45,609 nt of DNA from an uncultured Methanosarcinales archaeon (GTDB taxonomy: Archaea > Halobacteriota > Methanosarcinia > Methanosarcinales > CAZCCY01): positions 1 to 45,609 of the forward strand of contig CAZCCY010000004.1 of NCBI GenBank assembly GCA_964497545.1. The letters run 5' to 3'. The notes beneath the pieces are model-generated. The model was given only the letters and a program-made list of their open reading frames with translations, did not search any database and had not been told where the DNA came from. Position numbers and translations under genes: made by a program. The number at the start of each line of letters is the position of its first letter. The first letter of the stretch is position 1. This document shows positions 17,441-28,269 of this stretch, in pieces.

Positions 17441-20400
17441 TTACATGAAGTCTGCAAGCCCCATCTGTCTGGCCTTCTCATTTTCAAACAGCGACCTGAG
17501 TTCCAGGTCAATAAGCTCGATTCTCTGCCTGGTATAATTTTTGACATGGTATTCTTCTGCCACCCGTTTGGACACCTCCAGGTATTTGCTCACACTAGCC
17601 TTGTGGACAGTTAGCACCAGGTTACCCCCACATTTACATTTCCCCTGGAGGGGGGGTCTACGGTATTTCCGGTTACATTTGGTGCATCTCACCTGCTGTT
17701 TGGAGAAGGAGCGGAGGTTGCCGATTAAATCAGGCAGGAAATGGCTGTTAATCACCCGCTCTGCCACGTCCTCGGCGTCCACAGCCCTGAGCTTGCGGGC
17801 CAGATTAAGCTGGGCATCCATCTTCTCAATCATACTCCCCAGGGTCTTATAGGCGCTATTCTGAGGGCCTGCAGCAATATCCCCAGAGTCTACCGTGAAA
17901 CCAAAACCCTGGTACTGAGAGAGCGTTCCAAGCCGCCTGCTCACAAGGTCCATAACCTCCACCAGCCCTTTGGGGTCAGCATACTGCTGGGCAGCCCGAT
18001 AGAACTCAAGCGGATAACAGGTGTTCACATCCATGTTATGGACCTCCTTGTCGATCTCTCTGGGGTTTATCCTGGTGGTGAGCACAAGGGGTGCATCCAT
18101 GGTCCCACCCCGCTTATCCGGCAAAAACGCCCTGGAAAAGTTAAGAAGGCCATCCAGCAGGAGCATGACACAGTCCTCGTCGCCATCGCAGTTTCTCCTC
18201 TTGGCTGCATGGAAGTAGGGGTGGGCGTAGCCTACCGAGGCGCTTGTGAATCCGATGATCCTTGCGAGGACTCCTGCTGAGGTGTGGGGTGCCAGCCCGA
18301 TGGCGAGTTTGCCGATGAGGTCTTCTGGTTTTTCTGCCTGGTAGTAGGGTTTGAGTTTGTAGTACCTGGTGAGGAGATCGTCGATGAAGTTGGCGGTTTT
18401 GAGGAGGTATTCACCGCAGTCCTGGGAGACGATTATGTCCTGGACCTTGAGTTCCAGGATCTGGTCTGGGCGCTCCAGAGGGTTGCCGTGGATGTCGTGG
18501 GTGTAGCCGAGTTTTTTTAGTTTTTCTATGGGTGCTTTGATTTCCCGGGGCCGGAAGTGTGTGAGTGGGAGGTCTGAGAGGTCGTATCTTATGGTCCCGT
18601 CTTTGAAGGTTACGATTCCGTGTTTTGCCCGGAGTATTCCTTTCTCCAGGGGTTCGGGTGTTTTGTTTTTGGATGTTAGTCCTATTACGCCTTTTACCTG
18701 GTAGATGTCCCGTTCTCCCAGGTTTTCTAGTGCCCGGTGGTATTCTTCTTTGAGGTCGATTTTTGTGTCCTGGAACGGGTTTGTGGGTTTACCACATCTG
18801 GGGCATTTATCCCTGGGTGTGGTGAGTTTGCAGTGGATGCAGTGGTAGACCTGTGTGGTGGCTTTGCCGCAGGTTTGGCATTTGAATTTGAAGGTCTCTT
18901 TTTTGCATTGGGGGCATTGGCGTATTCCTATCTGTACGGGTATTCTTCCGGTTTTGCTCTGCATTGAGCTTGTGTAGTCTTTGGCGCCCTGTAGGGAGCG
19001 GGTGCGTCCGCCTGCCTCGCCGAGGGGGAAGAGGACGTGGGGTGCGGGTTTCATTTCTCTTTTGTTGGATTTCTCTGGTCTTCCCATTCTTGCCCCGATG
19101 CGGGTGGGGGCGCGGGGGAACACTGGGAAGCCGCAGGCGAGGTTGGCAAGTTCGAGGGCGTTTTCGCTGGCTCCCCCTTCTTTTTCGGTTTCTCCTCTCT
19201 TTTTTTCAAGGCTCTTCTTTTTTTCAAGGGGTTTTTCTGTCAGGTCTCCCTGGAGGGCGAGGCAGTGGAGGAGTATTTCCGGGTTCTGGATTAGGATTCT
19301 GTTGTTTCTGACCCTGTGGGGTAGGAGGAGTTTTTCCAGGGTCTCTTTTATTTCGGGTTTGAGGGGTAGCCTGAGAACATCGGCTTCCAGGTTCCCGTTT
19401 TTTGTGATGTATTCTCTGAGACGGTGGTATTCAAGGGGGGTGATGTCGTGCCAGAGGTAGGTGTATTCTGGGTGGAGGGGGATTTTCCATTTTTTTGAGA
19501 GGGCCAGTGCCTCCTGGGGTGTGGGTGTGGTTTCCCGGTATTTTTCCAGTATCTCATTGTTTATTTTTTTTGGTTTTAGTGTTTCTTTTGCTTCCAGGAG
19601 CCACCATTCGTGGGTGAAGCCCCCTGGGGGTAGGGGGTGGTTGTTTTCGAGGAAGTCGCCGTAGTTGATGAGGATCTCGCCTGCGTCCAGTATTGCTTGG
19701 ATGTTTTTTTTCAGGGTTTTTGCCTGTTCCTCGTTGTCGATGCGGAGGACGTCTCCGTTGATTAGTCTCACGGTTGGGCCTTCGATGTTTACGGGTGCCA
19801 TGGCTGCTGCTTTGCCGGGTCGTTCTACTTTTAGCTGTGTCCCGGGTGCTATGAAGTTGTCCATGAGGACCATGGTGGCTGGGCTTATGCCTGCGGCTGC
19901 AAAGCCTGTGTTTCTACCCCGACCGTAGCGGAGTCTGAATCCGCCTGGTCGGGATGGGTAGGAGAATACTGGTCGGCCTGCGATGAGGTCTCGGAGGTAT
20001 TTGTCTTTGGGTGCGAGTTTGTCTTCTTCCTCTCCTTTGGTCACGTTGAAGTGGGAGAGCCATTCCCATCCGTCTATCTTTAGTTTTTCCACGTGTTTGC
20101 GGAGTTTTGGGGCTTTGAGGGCTATGCCTTCTGCGATTACCAGTGCCATCCCCCCCCGAACCCGGTTGGTAGGCACCCTCTCGAGGTCCCGGTGGCCGTC
20201 CACTTCGGCGTCCTCGGTGGCTTCACCGTCTATGCAGATGGGGCAGTTTTCTACAATCAGTTTGACCTCTTCCTCGCTGGGTTGGTACTGGAGGTTGGCT
20301 GTCCTGCGGTAGAGGTCGATTTCTTCTGCGTATCTCTCTATCTCCTCGGGTCTGGGTTTGTATCTCTCGATGCCGAGGTTATGGCGGACATAATCTGCTG

Positions 20401-20857
20401 CCAGTACCGATAGTGCCTGGGCTGTGCCGCCTGCGCTGCGGATGGGGCCGGAATAGTAGATGCGGATAAACTCGCTCCCATCATCGTTGGGGGCGAGTTC
20501 GATTTTGGCTATGCCCTCGATGGGCGCTGCTACCACTCCTTCGGTGAGCACTGCGACAGCGGCCCTGACTGCCTTATCCAGTGCGGTTTCCCGGTCCTGG
20601 AAGCCGCCGATTTTGCCCTGGGAGATTTCTAGGGCTATCTGGAGGGCTGCTTCTTCTCTGCCGGTTTTGTCAAGTTCCCTGAGTCTGTCTGCTAGCCCTG
20701 GTATTTCGAGGAGTTTTTCCACTCGTTCGGCCAGGTCCCGTGCTACCGGTATCTCGGGAGAGCTGGTAGGGTCGAACCCCTTGCTGCGGGCCTCACCTGC
20801 GACTTTAAGTGCAACCGCCAGGCCGTCTTCAAGTTCTTTGAAATATCTGTCTGGCAC
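17441..20857 (-). CDS. polC: DNA polymerase II (PolD) large subunit DP2
   Basis: 1138 aa. Characteristic Zn-finger clusters ([53 protein letters not shown]) and conserved [17 protein letters not shown]...[14 protein letters not shown] catalytic region. No intein-sized insertion. GTG start. Confidence 0.95.
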   Translation of the reverse strand: MPDRYFKELEDGLAVALKVAGEARSKGFDPTSSPEIPVARDLAERVEKLLEIPGLADRLRELDKTGREEAALQIALEISQGKIGGFQDRETALDKAVRAAVAVLTEGVVAAPIEGIAKIELAPNDDGSEFIRIYYSGPIRSAGGTAQALSVLAADYVRHNLGIERYKPRPEEIERYAEEIDLYRRTANLQYQPSEEEVKLIVENCPICIDGEATEDAEVDGHRDLERVPTNRVRGGMALVIAEGIALKAPKLRKHVEKLKIDGWEWLSHFNVTKGEEEDKLAPKDKYLRDLIAGRPVFSYPSRPGGFRLRYGRGRNTGFAAAGISPATMVLMDNFIAPGTQLKVERPGKAAAMAPVNIEGPTVRLINGDVLRIDNEEQAKTLKKNIQAILDAGEILINYGDFLENNHPLPPGGFTHEWWLLEAKETLKPKKINNEILEKYRETTPTPQEALALSKKWKIPLHPEYTYLWHDITPLEYHRLREYITKNGNLEADVLRLPLKPEIKETLEKLLLPHRVRNNRILIQNPEILLHCLALQGDLTEKPLEKKKSLEKKRGETEKEGGASENALELANLACGFPVFPRAPTRIGARMGRPEKSNKREMKPAPHVLFPLGEAGGRTRSLQGAKDYTSSMQSKTGRIPVQIGIRQCPQCKKETFKFKCQTCGKATTQVYHCIHCKLTTPRDKCPRCGKPTNPFQDTKIDLKEEYHRALENLGERDIYQVKGVIGLTSKNKTPEPLEKGILRAKHGIVTFKDGTIRYDLSDLPLTHFRPREIKAPIEKLKKLGYTHDIHGNPLERPDQILELKVQDIIVSQDCGEYLLKTANFIDDLLTRYYKLKPYYQAEKPEDLIGKLAIGLAPHTSAGVLARIIGFTSASVGYAHPYFHAAKRRNCDGDEDCVMLLLDGLLNFSRAFLPDKRGGTMDAPLVLTTRINPREIDKEVHNMDVNTCYPLEFYRAAQQYADPKGLVEVMDLVSRRLGTLSQYQGFGFTVDSGDIAAGPQNSAYKTLGSMIEKMDAQLNLARKLRAVDAEDVAERVINSHFLPDLIGNLRSFSKQQVRCTKCNRKYRRPPLQGKCKCGGNLVLTVHKASVSKYLEVSKRVAEEYHVKNYTRQRIELIDLELRSLFENEKARQMGLADFM

Positions 20858-20894
20858 GCTCTTCCAAGGAGGGGGTGAAAATAGATAAGGGCTT

Positions 20895-21485
20895 CTAATC
20901 TTGTCGGATTCTCCTGCGGCGTTCTTCTCTTTTTTTGATGTAGCTTCTTGCCTCGTGGATGGCTGCGGCGTAGATGAAGAGCCAGCCCTCGTTGAGGAGG
21001 ATGGTGGCGTCTCTTAGCTCTTCCCGGGTGAGGGTTCCCATGCTGAATTCGTTTAAAAGGAGGAGGGTTGTAAGACATGCAGCGCTGAATTCGTTCATGT
21101 CTGGGGATTCGGTTATTACATCGTGGATTACCGTTTTCCAGATGTCCTTGAATTTCCCGGTGGGAATGGTGTGCATTCCAATGTTTCTGACAACATTTAT
21201 TTCTTCTAGTTTTTTCAGGAGTTCTTCTACCCGTTTGGGGTCCATCTCCAGGAGGGGGGTGTCGGTTTCCTCGTAGGTGTTCCAGATGTCGTGGAGGCTT
21301 TTATCAAGGCTTTCCTGGGTTTCCTCTCGTTGCAGGCGGTAGTAGTCTGATTTCAGGGATGGCTGTTCTTTAATGTACCATTTAAGGAGGGAGTGAAGTT
21401 TCTCGCCATTTTCACCCTCAAGCCACTTTATTTTCTTGAGTATTTTATACTCAGTATCTGTTAAATTTACATGAATTTCAACCAT
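20895..21485 (-). CDS. Hypothetical protein immediately downstream of polD
   Basis: 196 aa from the ATG at 21485; the tracked ORF starts 2 codons earlier at a GTG. Charged, helical-looking sequence with a basic [11 protein letters not shown] tail. No recognisable motif. Confidence 0.5.
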   Translation of the reverse strand: MVEIHVNLTDTEYKILKKIKWLEGENGEKLHSLLKWYIKEQPSLKSDYYRLQREETQESLDKSLHDIWNTYEETDTPLLEMDPKRVEELLKKLEEINVVRNIGMHTIPTGKFKDIWKTVIHDVITESPDMNEFSAACLTTLLLLNEFSMGTLTREELRDATILLNEGWLFIYAAAIHEARSYIKKREERRRRIRQD

Positions 21486-21614
21486 AAGCACCGGGCAAAT
21501 ATGCTACCTTTTTTACTTTTACCGCTTTAAAGTGCACAACTAAAATCATCATTACCCTCATCATTAATGTTTTTGTCAGCCAGTTGTATTTTCCGTGCAA
21601 CCCCTCCAAAATAA

Positions 21615-22931
21615 CTACATACCCATCTTTTTCATCATCCTCTGGAGGTTGAACTTACCACTTCTCATACCCTTGAAAGCCTTCTGCATCGTCCTGTGAT
21701 ATTTCAAAAGCTCCCTCACCTCCTCAGGTCTGGACCCCGAACCCCTGGAAATCCTGGAGATCCTGCTACCCGATATTATCTTCGGGTTCAACATCTCCTC
21801 CTCAGTCATGGAATCCATTATTATTTTGAACCGCTCAAGTCTATCCTTTGTCACATCATAAGCTTCATCCGTCAATTTCACCCCCAGCTTGCCCATAGGT
21901 ATCATCTGCATCACCTGTTTGAGAGGGCCAAGTTTGCTTACAGCCTCCATCTGCTTGTACATATCCTTGAGAGTGAAAGGACCACGCATTACTGACTCCA
22001 CATCGATTTCCTCTTCCTTCAGGGCCTCTTCCGCCCTTTCAATCAGGGACTTGAGGTCTCCCATTCCAAGCAGCCTTGAGATGAAACGGTCAGCCTCGTA
22101 CTTTTCCAGGTCCTCCAGGGTCTCCCCTGTCCCCAGGAAAGCTATGGAGGTCCTGGTCTCGGAGACTGCTGAGAGGGCGCCACCACCCTTGGCTGTGCCG
22201 TCCAGCTTGCTTATTATCACACCGGTTATGCCAATAGACTCATGGAACGCCCGAGCCTGATTTTTAGCCTGCTGGCCGATTGCTGCATCCAGCACCAGAA
22301 ACCGATGTTCAGGCCTTGCCACCCGGTTTATCTCCTCCATCTCCCGGATTAAATCGGTCTCGAGCGCGTGCCGGCCTGCAGTGTCAATTATCTTGACATC
22401 TGTTTTTGCCAGGCTTTCAAGCCCCCTCTTCACGATCTCTGGCGCGTTTTTACCGTCCTCCTCCCCGTAGAAAGGGATTCCGAGCCGCTGGGACAGGGTA
22501 GAGAGCTGCTCGTAGGCGCCTGGACGCCAGGTATCAGCACAGATGACACCCGGTTTCAGGCCCTTCCGCTGGAAGTACCTGGCAAGCTTGGCAGTGGTTG
22601 TGGTCTTACCACTCCCCTGAAGCCCCACCATCATTATGGTCTGGGGCCTGAGAGAGATGGGAGTACCGGTACCAGCGATTCCCACCAGTTCCTCGTAAAC
22701 TATCCTGATTACATGCTCCCTGGGACTCATGCCCGCAGGCGGCTTTTCCTGGAGGGCCCTGGTCTTTATTTTCTGGGATAGATCCATCACAAGCTTGACA
22801 TTAACGTCAGCCTGGAGCAATGCCCGCTGGATATCCCTGACTACCTCGTTTACTAGCTCCTTGTCTATCCTGCCTGCACCAGCAATCTTTTTAAGAGCCT
22901 GTTGCAGCGAACTGCCAAGTTTATCCAGCAT
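21615..22931 (-). CDS. srp54: Signal recognition particle protein SRP54
   Basis: 438 aa from the ATG at 22931. [33 protein letters not shown] GTPase motifs and a Met-rich C-terminal M domain. Confidence 0.95.
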   Translation of the reverse strand: MLDKLGSSLQQALKKIAGAGRIDKELVNEVVRDIQRALLQADVNVKLVMDLSQKIKTRALQEKPPAGMSPREHVIRIVYEELVGIAGTGTPISLRPQTIMMVGLQGSGKTTTTAKLARYFQRKGLKPGVICADTWRPGAYEQLSTLSQRLGIPFYGEEDGKNAPEIVKRGLESLAKTDVKIIDTAGRHALETDLIREMEEINRVARPEHRFLVLDAAIGQQAKNQARAFHESIGITGVIISKLDGTAKGGGALSAVSETRTSIAFLGTGETLEDLEKYEADRFISRLLGMGDLKSLIERAEEALKEEEIDVESVMRGPFTLKDMYKQMEAVSKLGPLKQVMQMIPMGKLGVKLTDEAYDVTKDRLERFKIIMDSMTEEEMLNPKIISGSRISRISRGSGSRPEEVRELLKYHRTMQKAFKGMRSGKFNLQRMMKKMGM

Positions 22932-22942
22932 CACACCTATTT

Positions 22943-24070
22943 TTACTCGGCAGGCTCAAACCTGTCCTTAAGCTTTTCCAGGACCTTGGGCAGGGTGGTG
23001 TATTCCATATCCTGCAGGGGGAGTCTGTGCGGCTCAAAGGGGCCGTGGCGGCGCATGTATTCTGCAACCTTCTCAGCCTCCTGCCGGGTGTAATCAAAAC
23101 CAGGCCCATCAAACAGATCCACCGGCCCGACCAGACTTGCATTCGCGACCTGGAAGCCTGCCGCCACCACCCTGGGCGGCCCATCAAACCTGGTACACCT
23201 GGCATCCTCAAAACTCACCGGCATAAGCGGCCCGTTGTGGCTGCCCCGCATCCACCCGCTCACCAGGAAAGGGAAACTGAAAGGTTCAATCACCTCCCCC
23301 AGCGCGGGCAGGCCAGACTGGGCCCGCACCAGGGCAACCGGGTCATCCTTGCCCACATACTCGCCTGCAATCTGGTAGAGCTTCTCGGTGCTAATCACAG
23401 CCACAGGCTCATCCTCAGGGAGCTTCCCACCAGGCTTGGGATACACCCGCTTAATAACATACCTGCTCTTAGCACCAATAAGCGCAAGGAGATTATACAT
23501 CTCCTCCGGGCTGTCCATGAACACCCGCCGATGCTCCAGGATATCCCACACCTCAAACCTGAAACCCTGATGGAGTGTGGGGTCAATAACAAGACCTGCG
23601 GTGTTAAAGGGGTCAGCGAACATCCTGAAAATCGGTAGATTAAACGCGCCAGGCTCGGTCTTATCCATCATAAAGGCCACAAGCGGCTCCCCGGTCCGCT
23701 CGGTGAACTCCATCTCAGCCACACCAGGCCCCATCCCCCTGATATTCCCGGAAAAAGAATCCGAAAGCATATCCTGACCAGCACCGTAGAGTTTGAGACG
23801 CTTCGCCACCCCGGTAGCCTTCATGAAAATGTCCCAGGCCATCCCATGGATATCGCTGTTATCCGGCCCCTTCCGGTGGCTGATAATCAACTCCAAATCA
23901 TCACCACACGAGAGAACACAGAAATCAACAATATCCCCCCGCTCCTGTGCACCTGCAAGCTCCTCCTTGGCAACCTCCACAAGCTCAGGATGCATACAGG
24001 CATGCCCAGGATACCCACCAACATCCGCCTTTATAATACTAACCGTGACCTTCTCGCTCATATAAACCAT
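22943..24070 (-). CDS. fbp: Fructose-1,6-bisphosphate aldolase/phosphatase (class V FBPase)
   Basis: 375 aa. [18 protein letters not shown]-terminus and overall conservation are typical of the archaeal bifunctional enzyme. Confidence 0.95.
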   Translation of the reverse strand: MVYMSEKVTVSIIKADVGGYPGHACMHPELVEVAKEELAGAQERGDIVDFCVLSCGDDLELIISHRKGPDNSDIHGMAWDIFMKATGVAKRLKLYGAGQDMLSDSFSGNIRGMGPGVAEMEFTERTGEPLVAFMMDKTEPGAFNLPIFRMFADPFNTAGLVIDPTLHQGFRFEVWDILEHRRVFMDSPEEMYNLLALIGAKSRYVIKRVYPKPGGKLPEDEPVAVISTEKLYQIAGEYVGKDDPVALVRAQSGLPALGEVIEPFSFPFLVSGWMRGSHNGPLMPVSFEDARCTRFDGPPRVVAAGFQVANASLVGPVDLFDGPGFDYTRQEAEKVAEYMRRHGPFEPHRLPLQDMEYTTLPKVLEKLKDRFEPAE

Positions 24071-24102
24071 AAAATTGCCAAAGAAATATTTAGCTTTTGG
24101 CT

Positions 24103-24972
24103 TTATTGTTTTTCAGCCTGCATGTCAGATTTCAGCCTGGGCTGTTTATGGGCGGGGAGCACCGGCAGCCTCATGGTGTTTACAAGAATCGTGGAGGGCA
24201 CCTCCTTAGCCCGCTCAAGGAGGAGCTCTTTGCCAATCTGGGTTAAAGCGAAAAGTGGCACCGAGGCCCCTACCTGTAAGAGAGGTTTCACCTCCTCCCG
24301 CAGGAGCCGGGAGGCACAACCCGTGACAATGTCAAGCAACTCCAGGAGCTCTCTAGCCTCCATCCGGCTTACACCGGTTAGATGGGCTCCAATCAAAACA
24401 GCCTCCACACCAGTTTCCCGCTCAACCTCTCGCAGTCTCCTGGCAGTCCCTGCGTCCACAAGGCTCACCGCAATCCTCCGGTAGCCAAGCTCCACCGCTC
24501 TTTCAAGACTCCTGACCTGGTCGATGGAAGCAGCCCTGGGGTCGAGGACAACCCCGCCACGCTCCTCGATAGCCCGGATTATCTCTGGTATGGGCTCGGT
24601 CTCGATTAGACCCGACATCTGGGCGCCCATCCCCTGGACAAGCTGGGGGTCCGAGGTTATCACGCTACCCGCACCCTCACACACCGTCACCGTGGCATCC
24701 AGAAGACCCCGCCGGAGAGCGGTCATCATAATCTCAGTAGCGCCAAAACTCACAAAATCGCCAGCATCAAACCTCCGCTTTGGCGTGAACATGCCAAGCT
24801 CCCGAATCCGTTCCTCCAGGTTAGCCCTGGCAGCCTCCCTGGTCAAACGCTCCACACCCGCAATCTTACGGAAGACCGGGCAGAACTCAGCCACAGGCTC
24901 CCCCACCTCCACCACTTTACCATCCCTAACAACAGCCCTGGCCCGACCCAGCAACTCCATCACGTGAGGCAT
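24103..24972 (-). CDS. Putative methanogenesis marker protein 8 (DUF2099-like)
   Basis: 289 aa from the ATG at 24972. HVMELLGRARAVVRDGKVVEVGEPVAEFCPVFRKIAGVERLT resembles my recollection of the DUF2099/Mmp8 N-terminus. Assignment is from memory only. Confidence 0.45.
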   Translation of the reverse strand: MPHVMELLGRARAVVRDGKVVEVGEPVAEFCPVFRKIAGVERLTREAARANLEERIRELGMFTPKRRFDAGDFVSFGATEIMMTALRRGLLDATVTVCEGAGSVITSDPQLVQGMGAQMSGLIETEPIPEIIRAIEERGGVVLDPRAASIDQVRSLERAVELGYRRIAVSLVDAGTARRLREVERETGVEAVLIGAHLTGVSRMEARELLELLDIVTGCASRLLREEVKPLLQVGASVPLFALTQIGKELLLERAKEVPSTILVNTMRLPVLPAHKQPRLKSDMQAEKQ

Positions 24973-25282
24973 AAACACACCCTATTACATCCCCCTGGTT
25001 TAAAACCATCTATCTGCAGATACACAGAAACCGCAACACTACTTCAACAACCCGCCCAAACTTACCAAGACTCAACACAGCAGACCCACTCTCCACATCC
25101 ACCAACGCAGGGTATATGCACCAAGGCGGGTTGAGGAGTTAGCAGAGGTGAGGTTAAGCTCGTCAATGTAGCCAGAAGCGTTCTTCATGGAGATAGGACT
25201 GGGATAGAGGTTGTCGAAGTAGATATGAGTTTGTTTGTTAGCGGAGTAGGTGTTCTTTCAGTCTGGTGTTCCTAGTAAAATT

Positions 25283-26278
25283 TCAGATTCTTGCAAGTGT
25301 CTGTTTGACAGCGCTAACTAGATCCTCGAAATATTTATGGTGGGTTTGTTTAATTGAGAACTGTTTAAGGGTTTTTTCAATGTTTTTCCTGCAGAGTCCA
25401 GCGTTCAAATTGTTTAGGTCGACACTCTGGAAAGCGTCATATCCTGTTATTCCTTTCACCCTGTATCCGAGATTTTTGAGTCTCTTGTTAAGTTTATCTC
25501 TGGTTATTTTGTTTTTTAGGTAGTTGGTGACTTCTTTTCGTGCGAGAGATAGGTTTTTGGTTGGTTTTATCCCGTGGTTTGTGCTGTTGTTGAGAGCTGG
25601 TGGGGTGACGATACCGGCGAGGCTGAATATGTTTGAGGAGAGGTATTCTTCTAGGATTCTGTGTATTTTTATCTTTTTTTCTGTCTCGTAAAAAAAGGAG
25701 GTGGGTTCATAGCTTCTTTCGAGTCCTATTCTGCCAAGGGTTTCCACTGCTGCAAAAGGCTCTATAAACTCTGTTATGTCTACTCCGGTTATTCTTGCGG
25801 TAGAGTTTATCAGTGCCTTGTTTGCCTCGTATATTGCTACTGGGCTGGCAGCAAATGCGAGTAGTTCTGCTCTTTGTTCTCTTGTGATGAAGTTATTGGA
25901 TTCGAACATTAGTTCTTCTAGGTTGAAGTTCCATCTTGCGTCGTCTATCATATGGGCAATTTCATGGGCGAGGACACCTTGTTTAGCTTCTGGGGATTCG
26001 AAGCAGTCAAATGGTAGAATGCTGTTTGGGGTTGAGAATTCGAAGATGAGGTAGGGTTTTCCTATGTAGGAGACTTTGCGTAGGCCGACAAGTTGCCTTG
26101 ATATACGCCAGTTGGCGGGGTTGTATTCGACAAGGAATTCTGGGGGGTTTTTGAAAAGTGGCAGGCAGGTTTTCAGAGCACTCTGCCAGGAGTCTTTTAT
26201 TGTTGCTATTTTTTCGGTGTCTTGCTGCTCGGCAAGAGCCATAGCAGCTTCCATTTGTCCAAGCATACATTCGACCAT
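25283..26278 (-). CDS. Hypothetical protein with HExxH zinc-metallopeptidase-like motif
   Basis: 331 aa. GVLAHEIAHMIDDARW is the only recognisable motif. It lies in a stretch that is visibly more AT-rich than the flanking genes. Confidence 0.5.
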   Translation of the reverse strand: MVECMLGQMEAAMALAEQQDTEKIATIKDSWQSALKTCLPLFKNPPEFLVEYNPANWRISRQLVGLRKVSYIGKPYLIFEFSTPNSILPFDCFESPEAKQGVLAHEIAHMIDDARWNFNLEELMFESNNFITREQRAELLAFAASPVAIYEANKALINSTARITGVDITEFIEPFAAVETLGRIGLERSYEPTSFFYETEKKIKIHRILEEYLSSNIFSLAGIVTPPALNNSTNHGIKPTKNLSLARKEVTNYLKNKITRDKLNKRLKNLGYRVKGITGYDAFQSVDLNNLNAGLCRKNIEKTLKQFSIKQTHHKYFEDLVSAVKQTLARI

Positions 26279-26416
26279 TTCATTTTTTTGTGCGTTCTGT
26301 AAACCCCTGGGCTTTTGTATCAGGGGGGGTTTGCAGGGGGGGGAGAGTTGTGGTCTTTAGATTATGGGGTTTTACTCTTGTGGGTGGGGGAAGTTATTAA
26401 GGTATGGGGTGTTTTT

Positions 26417-27178
26417 ATGGGGGGTTTGTTGATGAGATTGTTGTTTGCTTTGAGGTCTGGTTTTGGTTTTTTTTCCACTATTCCGGTGGGGATTTCCATG
26501 GAGGGGATAGTTTGTTTTATGCGGCATTCTTATCTTTTTCCGGTGGTTGGGTTTGTTCTTGGTTTGTTAATTGGGGTTTTTAGCTGGCTGGTTGGCATTC
26601 TTGATTTGAGTCCTTTTTTGCGTGCTGTTTTTGTGCTGGTTTTTATTTATGGTTTGACTGGTTTGAATCATCTTGATGGTTTGGCTGATTTTGGGGATGG
26701 GGTCACGGCTCATGGGAGTCGGGAGAAGAAGGTGGGGGCGATGAAGGATACGAGGATTGGAGTGGGGGGTATATATTATGTTGTGGTGGGTCTCCTTGTG
26801 CTTTTTTCTCTTATTCTGGCTTCCTGGCCGTTTGCTTTTGTGGTGGCAGAGATGGGTGCTAAGGATGCTATGCTGGTGGTGGCTTGTTTTGGTAGGAGTC
26901 TTCATCGGGGTCTTGGCTCGGTTACGGTGGAGGGTGTCAGTTTTTTTAATCTTGTTTTGGGTCTTGTTGTCTCGTTTTTTTTGGCCTCTCTGGCGAGGGG
27001 GGTTTGGGCGGTTCTGGCCGTTTTTGGGGGTGTTTTGGCTGGTTTTTTTGTTCTTTTGGTTGCGAACAGGAATTTTGGGGGTGTGAGTGGTGATGTTTTG
27101 GGGGCTGCTAACGAGTTTGGTCGGATTTGGAGTTTGTTTTTTGCTGTGTTGTTTGGGGTGTTATGGACGCTCTGGTGA
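26417..27178 (+). CDS. cobS: Adenosylcobinamide-GDP ribazoletransferase (cobalamin-5-phosphate synthase)
   Basis: Polytopic membrane protein with FFSTIPVG and GLNHLDGLADFGDG motifs. The start was chosen at the in-frame ATG at 26417; the tracked ORF extends upstream to 26315 through a G-run region. Confidence 0.8.
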   Translation: MGGLLMRLLFALRSGFGFFSTIPVGISMEGIVCFMRHSYLFPVVGFVLGLLIGVFSWLVGILDLSPFLRAVFVLVFIYGLTGLNHLDGLADFGDGVTAHGSREKKVGAMKDTRIGVGGIYYVVVGLLVLFSLILASWPFAFVVAEMGAKDAMLVVACFGRSLHRGLGSVTVEGVSFFNLVLGLVVSFFLASLARGVWAVLAVFGGVLAGFFVLLVANRNFGGVSGDVLGAANEFGRIWSLFFAVLFGVLWTLW

Positions 27179-27750
27179 TGGCTGGTGGGAGGGGTAGGCG
27201 GCTTGGGCTTGGTGAGAAGCCGCTTGTGTTGTTGCAGGATAAGCCCCTTATTTCCTATGTTCTTGAGGCTCTGCGGGGTGCTCGGGGGGTGGAGAAGGTT
27301 TTTGTGGTTACGAGTCCGTGGACTCCCCGGACGCATCGGTGGGCTGAAGACCTGGGTGTAGGGGTTTTTTCTGCGTCTGGTAGGGGTTTTATTCGGGATA
27401 TGGTGGAGGCTGTGGAAGGTATCGGGATTGAGGGGCCGGTTCTTGTTATGGCGTGTGATATTCCTTTTGTTACCTCTGGTCTTCTGGATGAGGTCATTTG
27501 CCGGTATTTTGAGGGGGGTTTGCCTGCGCTGGCTGTTTATTCCCGTCTTGCGGATTGTCTGGTTGTTCCTGAAACGGTGTTTAATATAGATGGGGAGTTG
27601 CTTGTGCCTGTGGGCATTAACATCCTGGATGGGGATAGAATACGGGAGGAGCAGGAGGAGTACAGGTTTGTTATTGAGAGGGACAAAACATCTTTAAACA
27701 TTAATACACTAAAAGATTTGAAGTTTGCATGTAAAATTACAAATATCTGA
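27163..27750 (+). CDS. cobY: Adenosylcobinamide-phosphate guanylyltransferase, archaeal CobY type
   Basis: 195 aa from MDALVMAGGRGRRLG (NTP-transferase G-loop), with ACDIPFV further on. Overlaps the cobS end by 16 nt. Confidence 0.7.
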   Translation: MDALVMAGGRGRRLGLGEKPLVLLQDKPLISYVLEALRGARGVEKVFVVTSPWTPRTHRWAEDLGVGVFSASGRGFIRDMVEAVEGIGIEGPVLVMACDIPFVTSGLLDEVICRYFEGGLPALAVYSRLADCLVVPETVFNIDGELLVPVGINILDGDRIREEQEEYRFVIERDKTSLNINTLKDLKFACKITNI

Positions 27751-27858
27751 AATTTTTCTTTAGAATATTCGTATTAATAATTACAAATAATCGAAATCTA
27801 TATATGTTGGGGGGGCTTGAATAGGTATAGTTGGGTCTTACCCTAGGAGGACAGTGAA

Positions 27859-28269
27859 ATGAGATTAATACACGTGCAAACAGTATTGCCGGTAGAAGAT
27901 GTGGAAAAATTGAAAAAGACCACCTCGGAAGTGTCTACCAAGGAAGCTCTTGCAAAAGCTATCTACCACTATCTGGAATGTGCCTACAGAGATGAGAACA
28001 TGCACAAGGTTAAACTTGAAAAAGCCCTCGATTCAAGAAAACAGAAGCCTGCAGCAACCATAAACCGTGCATCCGCAGGCCCCAAAGGCTTGGCACAATC
28101 CCAGATGGAACTCGGCGGAATCCATGCCTCAAGGTCGGAATGGCACCAGTCCCTCAGATGCTACAGAACTGCGCTGAACATATTCCGCCAGCTGGGAGAC
28201 AAACAGGGAGAACTAACAGTACTCTCAAAAATGAACAACATCCCCCTTATAGCAGCCAAAAAAGCATAA
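27859..28269 (+). CDS. Hypothetical protein (RHH-like N-terminus, single TPR-like C-terminal motif)
   Basis: 136-aa ATG ORF preceded by an AT-rich promoter-like region and GGAGGA. The 3' end overlaps the convergent membrane protein gene by 23 nt. Confidence 0.4.
   Translation: MRLIHVQTVLPVEDVEKLKKTTSEVSTKEALAKAIYHYLECAYRDENMHKVKLEKALDSRKQKPAATINRASAGPKGLAQSQMELGGIHASRSEWHQSLRCYRTALNIFRQLGDKQGELTVLSKMNNIPLIAAKKA

Noticed and set aside
17441-20857. Possible intein in PolD DP2
   Set aside because: The length (1138 aa) and uninterrupted conserved blocks leave no room for an intein-sized insertion. No Cys/Ser...HN splice-junction pattern was seen.
26315-26416. Upstream extension of the tracked cobS ORF (MYQGGFAGGGELW...)
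   Set aside because: It runs through G-homopolymer promoter sequence and has no similarity to CobS N-termini. The in-frame ATG at 26417 or 26432 gives the expected membrane N-terminus.
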